DNA of 64,000 bases from contig CBDCWC010000003.1 of NCBI GenBank assembly GCA_965223295.1, positions 1,088,001 to 1,152,000 of the forward strand, in the 5' to 3' direction. A model generated the notes under the pieces. The model saw only the letters and a list, made by a program, of their open reading frames with translations, was not told the origin of the DNA and ran no database searches. Below, piece by piece: positions 60,136 to 64,000 of this stretch. A program made the translations under genes and the position numbers. How positions within the stretch are numbered: position 1 is the stretch's first letter; every line of letters begins with the position of its first letter. Source of the DNA: Nitrospirales bacterium (GTDB lineage Bacteria > Nitrospirota > Nitrospiria > Nitrospirales > UBA8639).

Positions 60136-61203
60136 GTGACCACTTCTTCTTTCCGAGTGATTTCTGTCATTGGAGCTGGTGCATGGGGAACAGCGTTAGC
60201 TCACTTACTTGCCACAAAAGGCATGAATATCCGTCTCTGGGCTTACGAACCCGAAGTAGTATCGGACATTCAAACGCGGCGTGAAAATACGTGGTATCTG
60301 CCGAATGTGGTCCTCCCCAATTCCATTCAAGGCATGAACAGTTTGACGGATTGTATTCAGGACACGGATCTGATTGTACTGGCCGTGCCCTCTCATATTA
60401 TGGCTGATATGGTGAAGAAACTTCGCCCTCTTTTAAAAAAACTCGTCCCTATCACGATTGCAACGAAAGGGATTGAAGAAGACACTTTGCAATTAATGAG
60501 TCAGGTCGTGGAAAGCCATCTACCTGAAAAATGGCATCCGTGGTTGACGATTCTCTCTGGTCCTAGCTTTGCTGCTGAAGTTTGCCGCTGGAAACCCACC
60601 ACAATTTTACTAGCCGGACAGGACTTCAACCTGGTGAGCCGGTTGCAACAGGTCTTTCTCACCCCGCAATTTCGGGTCTATGCCGGACGGGACATGATTG
60701 GGGCGCAACTAGGCGGGGCCCTGAAAAATGTGATGGCGATCGCGGCGGGTATCGTAGACGGGTTAGACTTGGGTGCCAATGCCCGGGCTGCTCTCATCAC
60801 ACGAGGGTTGACAGAAATGATTCGGCTAGGCCAAGCAATGCGGGCCGACACCTCAACTTTTTACGGCCTCTCCGGCTTGGGAGATTTAGTCCTGACTTGC
60901 ACCGGTACCCTCAGCCGCAATTACCAAGTAGGACTCCAACTGGCAAAAGGTATGAATCGCGCAACATTGAGCGCGAACACTCGCACGGTGGCCGAAGGCA
61001 TTACGACTTCACGGGCAGCCTTGGCCTTGGCCTCAAAACATCATGTCGAGATGCCTATCGTCCAGGGCGTGTATGGCGTACTCTTTGAAGGGCACAATCC
61101 GCGCCATATTGTCAGTGACCTGATGTCGCGAACAGCCAAAAGTGAAGTCGAACGCGCGGGATCTTCAGGAATGCAAACATTTTTCTCCTCTAGTCATTCA
61201 TGA
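60136..61203 (+). CDS. gpsA: NAD(P)H-dependent glycerol-3-phosphate dehydrogenase
   Basis: GAGAWGTALA, ATKGIE, SGPSFA, GGALKNV and GLGDLVLTC...SRN. Confidence 0.96.
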   Translation: MTTSSFRVISVIGAGAWGTALAHLLATKGMNIRLWAYEPEVVSDIQTRRENTWYLPNVVLPNSIQGMNSLTDCIQDTDLIVLAVPSHIMADMVKKLRPLLKKLVPITIATKGIEEDTLQLMSQVVESHLPEKWHPWLTILSGPSFAAEVCRWKPTTILLAGQDFNLVSRLQQVFLTPQFRVYAGRDMIGAQLGGALKNVMAIAAGIVDGLDLGANARAALITRGLTEMIRLGQAMRADTSTFYGLSGLGDLVLTCTGTLSRNYQVGLQLAKGMNRATLSANTRTVAEGITTSRAALALASKHHVEMPIVQGVYGVLFEGHNPRHIVSDLMSRTAKSEVERAGSSGMQTFFSSSHS

Positions 61204-61976
61204 ATCAACACCATTTGACGCAATTGCTCAAGGAGGTCCGGAAAGGGACCACATCAATCCCAAAAGCTCTCAGCCAACTTCGCACACTTCCCTTTGAAGA
61301 TTTGGGGTTTGCCTCGGTCGATCATCACCGGACACTCAGACAAGGATTTCCCGAAGTCATCCTGTGCGAAGGGAAAACCTCATCCCAGATTCTTACCATT
61401 GCCAAGAAGTTGTTCAAATCTCATGGTCCCTTTCTGGCAACACGAGTGGATCCGGCTATCGCCAAACGGCTCACACGATTACACCGCCAGGCAGTCTATC
61501 ATGACATGGCCCGAGTGGTAGCAGTGGCAGATACCACACGAAAACCACAAGGGCTGATCGTCGTTGTCACGGCGGGAACTTCAGATATCCCAGTGGCAGA
61601 AGAGGCGCGAGTGACTGCGGAGGTCATGGGTAGCTACGTATCTACCCTCTATGATGTGGGTGTCGCCGGTATCCATCGGCTATTGGATCAGCAAGCCATA
61701 CTGCATGAAGCGCGAGCGGTGATTGTGGTGGCAGGGATGGATGGGGTTTTGCCAAGTGTGGTAGGTGGACTCGTTGATCGCCCTATTGTGGCTGTTCCTA
61801 CGAGCCAAGGCTATGGGGCAAACTTCGGTGGATTGGCCCCATTGCTTACCATGCTCAACGCCTGCTCCTCCGGCATTGGCGTCGTGAATATTGATAATGG
61901 ATTTGGAGCTGGGTGTTTAGCTCATCGCATCAATGTTGGGATGGGTTCGCCTCCGAAGGCGAAGAAAGGTCGGTAG
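61200..61976 (+). CDS. larB: Nickel-pincer cofactor biosynthesis protein LarB
   Basis: DHHR..RQGFPEV, AGTSDIPVAEEA, DVGVAGIHRL, AVPTS.GYG and VVNIDNGFGA. Confidence 0.93.
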   Translation: MNQHHLTQLLKEVRKGTTSIPKALSQLRTLPFEDLGFASVDHHRTLRQGFPEVILCEGKTSSQILTIAKKLFKSHGPFLATRVDPAIAKRLTRLHRQAVYHDMARVVAVADTTRKPQGLIVVVTAGTSDIPVAEEARVTAEVMGSYVSTLYDVGVAGIHRLLDQQAILHEARAVIVVAGMDGVLPSVVGGLVDRPIVAVPTSQGYGANFGGLAPLLTMLNACSSGIGVVNIDNGFGAGCLAHRINVGMGSPPKAKKGR

Positions 61977-62817
61977 AGTCGGACTCCAGAGTTGATTCAG
62001 AAATTGTTTCTGTATTTTGGTCGGACAATCCTGCTGGTGCTTTCTGCTCATCAGAATCAGGTTCTATGAAATCGGTTTCCTTGAGCAATATCTCTTCTGA
62101 TATTTCGGCCGGCTCAAGATCCTCCATAATTTCATTCGTATGCTCTTGAGCTGATTCCCCTCCACTTGACTCTTCCAGAACCAGACCGCTCTCCTCCTCA
62201 ACACCAACACCTTCCTCAGAAGTAGAAGGATCCCCTTCGGCCAATTCCTCCTGTTGGAGTGCTTCAATTTCTTCAGGCAGCTCCGGCTCAGGGGGCAGGG
62301 GAGGTAGCACTTCTCCCGCATAGGCCAAAGCCTCCAAGGTTCCTTGCACTCTGTGGGACACCACTTTCGTTCTAGGACCTTCTCCTTTGTCTTCCATCAA
62401 TTTAGCTTGAATCTCGTAAAAATACGAGCCGTCAAGCACCAATTGATCATATTGGTCCTTGCCATCCCACACTAACTCAACTGGGACGAAACCGAGTAGA
62501 CCATTCTGTGTGGCTTCCTCAAGAGAAAGTCGTTGACTTAGAAAACTCATGGATTTTCGTGTGGGTGAAGTAATCAGCGCAGACACCTCCAAAATTTTGC
62601 TGGCCCTGGACGAAAGAGGCACCTTGACCATCATAGAAAGTCGTAACGGACTTTGCCCAATCACAAACGGATTCGGAGAGGTCTTCACCTGTTCAACTTT
62701 AATGGGAGAAACAAACCGCTTTCTCTTTTTCCGAGCATCTGCTGGCTCGCAAAGAAGACCCGTCACCATCAGTCCCAAACAAACGACCATCACCTTCGAC
62801 AAAATTCCTCTAAACAA
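61930..62817 (-). CDS. Exported hypothetical protein, FlgD-Ig-like domain plus acidic tail
   Basis: Signal peptide; SPNPF and VWDGKD...V.DG.Y; Glu/Ser-rich C-terminus. Confidence 0.65.
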   Translation of the reverse strand: MFRGILSKVMVVCLGLMVTGLLCEPADARKKRKRFVSPIKVEQVKTSPNPFVIGQSPLRLSMMVKVPLSSRASKILEVSALITSPTRKSMSFLSQRLSLEEATQNGLLGFVPVELVWDGKDQYDQLVLDGSYFYEIQAKLMEDKGEGPRTKVVSHRVQGTLEALAYAGEVLPPLPPEPELPEEIEALQQEELAEGDPSTSEEGVGVEEESGLVLEESSGGESAQEHTNEIMEDLEPAEISEEILLKETDFIEPDSDEQKAPAGLSDQNTETISESTLESDSTDLSSPSEANPSQH

Positions 62818-62929
62818 CAGTCACCTCTTCTCTTGTTGCTATTTCAGACCACTGTTTACCATTGTGCCAAACAATTTCCCTTCACACCAATGAAATTCCA
62901 GAATTTTTGACCTTTTTTGATTTCTATGG

Positions 62930-63120
62930 CATCTGACGTGGCCGTGCAGCCGACTTCGAAAATACGGCGGCGCACTGTTTGAGCGCAGCGAGTTTGCGCC
63001 ACCACCGCAGTCGGTGAACCGCGGAGAGAACCCGAAGGGCCACGACAGGGGCAACGTGGTTTTGGGTCCTTTTGCCGAAACAAAAGGACCTCGTCTCCCG
63101 TGACGAAACCCAGCAAATTA
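62930..63120. repeat. Structured repeat family B, copy 2
   Basis: Same conserved blocks as 54789-54980, closed by different but still-pairing stems. Confidence 0.8.
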
Positions 63121-63197
63121 GAGAAAAACTCGAATAGTCCTGCTTAACCTCTCACAAGGAAAAGCAAAGCTTGTGATCTACAACTGATTCCATAGCC

Positions 63198-63437
63198 TTA
63201 AACCTGCGTCAATCTTTTTTTGGCTAAGGCTAATCCCTCTTCAAAAATGGCAAGATCCATTTTTCTCAAAACCGCCTTCTCTAGAACCACAGCATCAGGA
63301 AACTCAATTTTGATTTTATGAATTCCATCATCCTGGTTTAATAGTGCTATGAATTTCCCGTTGTAATAAATCTCAGCAACAAGCTCCTCTTAGTTCGGAT
63401 CACTAGATAGAAGTATTTCAATGCCTACGCTTTTCAT
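63198..63437 (-). pseudogene. Small AT-rich gene with an in-frame TAA at codon 16
   Basis: MKSVGIEILLSSDPN*EELVAEIYYNGKFIALLNQDDG...AKKRLTQV*; the stop is at 63390-63392. Confidence 0.6.
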
Positions 63438-63536
63438 TATGGCTATAAAATCCTTTCTTTTATGCCGTTTCCAGAGTCGCCTAAAAGGTATTAGTATGAT
63501 ACGGTCTTGAGTTTAGCACCATTTACAAACAATCCT

Positions 63537-64000
63537 GTGACCAAACACCTTCACATCGATGCATTTTCCGGAGTCAGCGGGGATATGTTTCTTGGCGCCC
63601 TTGTTGATACAGGCTTGCCTCTTGCTTCTCTTAAAAAAGGGTTAAAGGCTCTAGGAATCAAAGGTTATCGACTTCGAGAAGAGCAGGTGATCCGGAGCAG
63701 CATCCGAGCAACCAAGATTGATGTAGATATTCAAAAGGGATTCACCAAACCCTTATCACTAGCCGCGATAAAAAAAACGTTAAAAAATAGCCGCTTGCCA
63801 GATATTATTCGTACACAAGCACTCCAGACGTTTCACTATATTGCTGAAGCCGAGGGGAAGGTACATGGGAAGCTGCCAAGTCGCGTACATTTTCATGAAG
63901 TAGGCGTGATTGATTCGCTGGTCGATATTGTGGGCACCCTGTTGGGAATCGCTCATCTCAACGTGACGACGATTTCCTGTTCTCCCGTTAACTTGGGCGC
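63537..64000 (+). CDS. larC: Nickel-pincer cofactor biosynthesis protein LarC (partial, runs off the window)
   Basis: GTG start; HIDAFSGVSGDMFLGALVD, AEAEGKVHG and VHFHEVG.IDS.VDIVG. Confidence 0.92.
   Translation, partial: MTKHLHIDAFSGVSGDMFLGALVDTGLPLASLKKGLKALGIKGYRLREEQVIRSSIRATKIDVDIQKGFTKPLSLAAIKKTLKNSRLPDIIRTQALQTFHYIAEAEGKVHGKLPSRVHFHEVGVIDSLVDIVGTLLGIAHLNVTTISCSPVNLG

Overview
A 64-kb bacterial chromosomal segment, mostly core genes. Gene content and protein sequences suggest a Nitrospirales/Nitrospira-like organism; this is an inference. Recognisable blocks: a GCS2-type ligase/M14 deacylase pair, sthA, pagL, an orphan RiPP-type B12 radical SAM enzyme, mltD, tRNA-Val/Asp, a full tol-pal cluster running into mutL-miaA-mtnP-pfkB-rodZ, a class I cytochrome c, glgP, a UvrD helicase, tRNA-Arg/Lys, a CbbQ/NorQ ATPase, a ubiE plus B12-radical SAM pair, hemD, gpsA, larB and a partial larC. 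No CRISPR array, integrase, transposase or rRNA was seen. The unusual signals are non-coding or too small for the ORF track. They are: (1) a ~420-nt highly structured minus-strand element just after tRNA-Lys, resembling group II intron domains I-III but lacking domain V/VI and an RT; (2) two copies of a ~190-bp structured repeat with compensatory stems, each just downstream of a small AT-rich pseudogene; (3) six copies of a MITE-like repeat; (4) an unannotated 45-aa histone H1-like peptide gene; (5) a candidate sigma-54 small-ORF unit with a palindromic upstream site; (6) a gene broken by an exact 22-bp tandem duplication.
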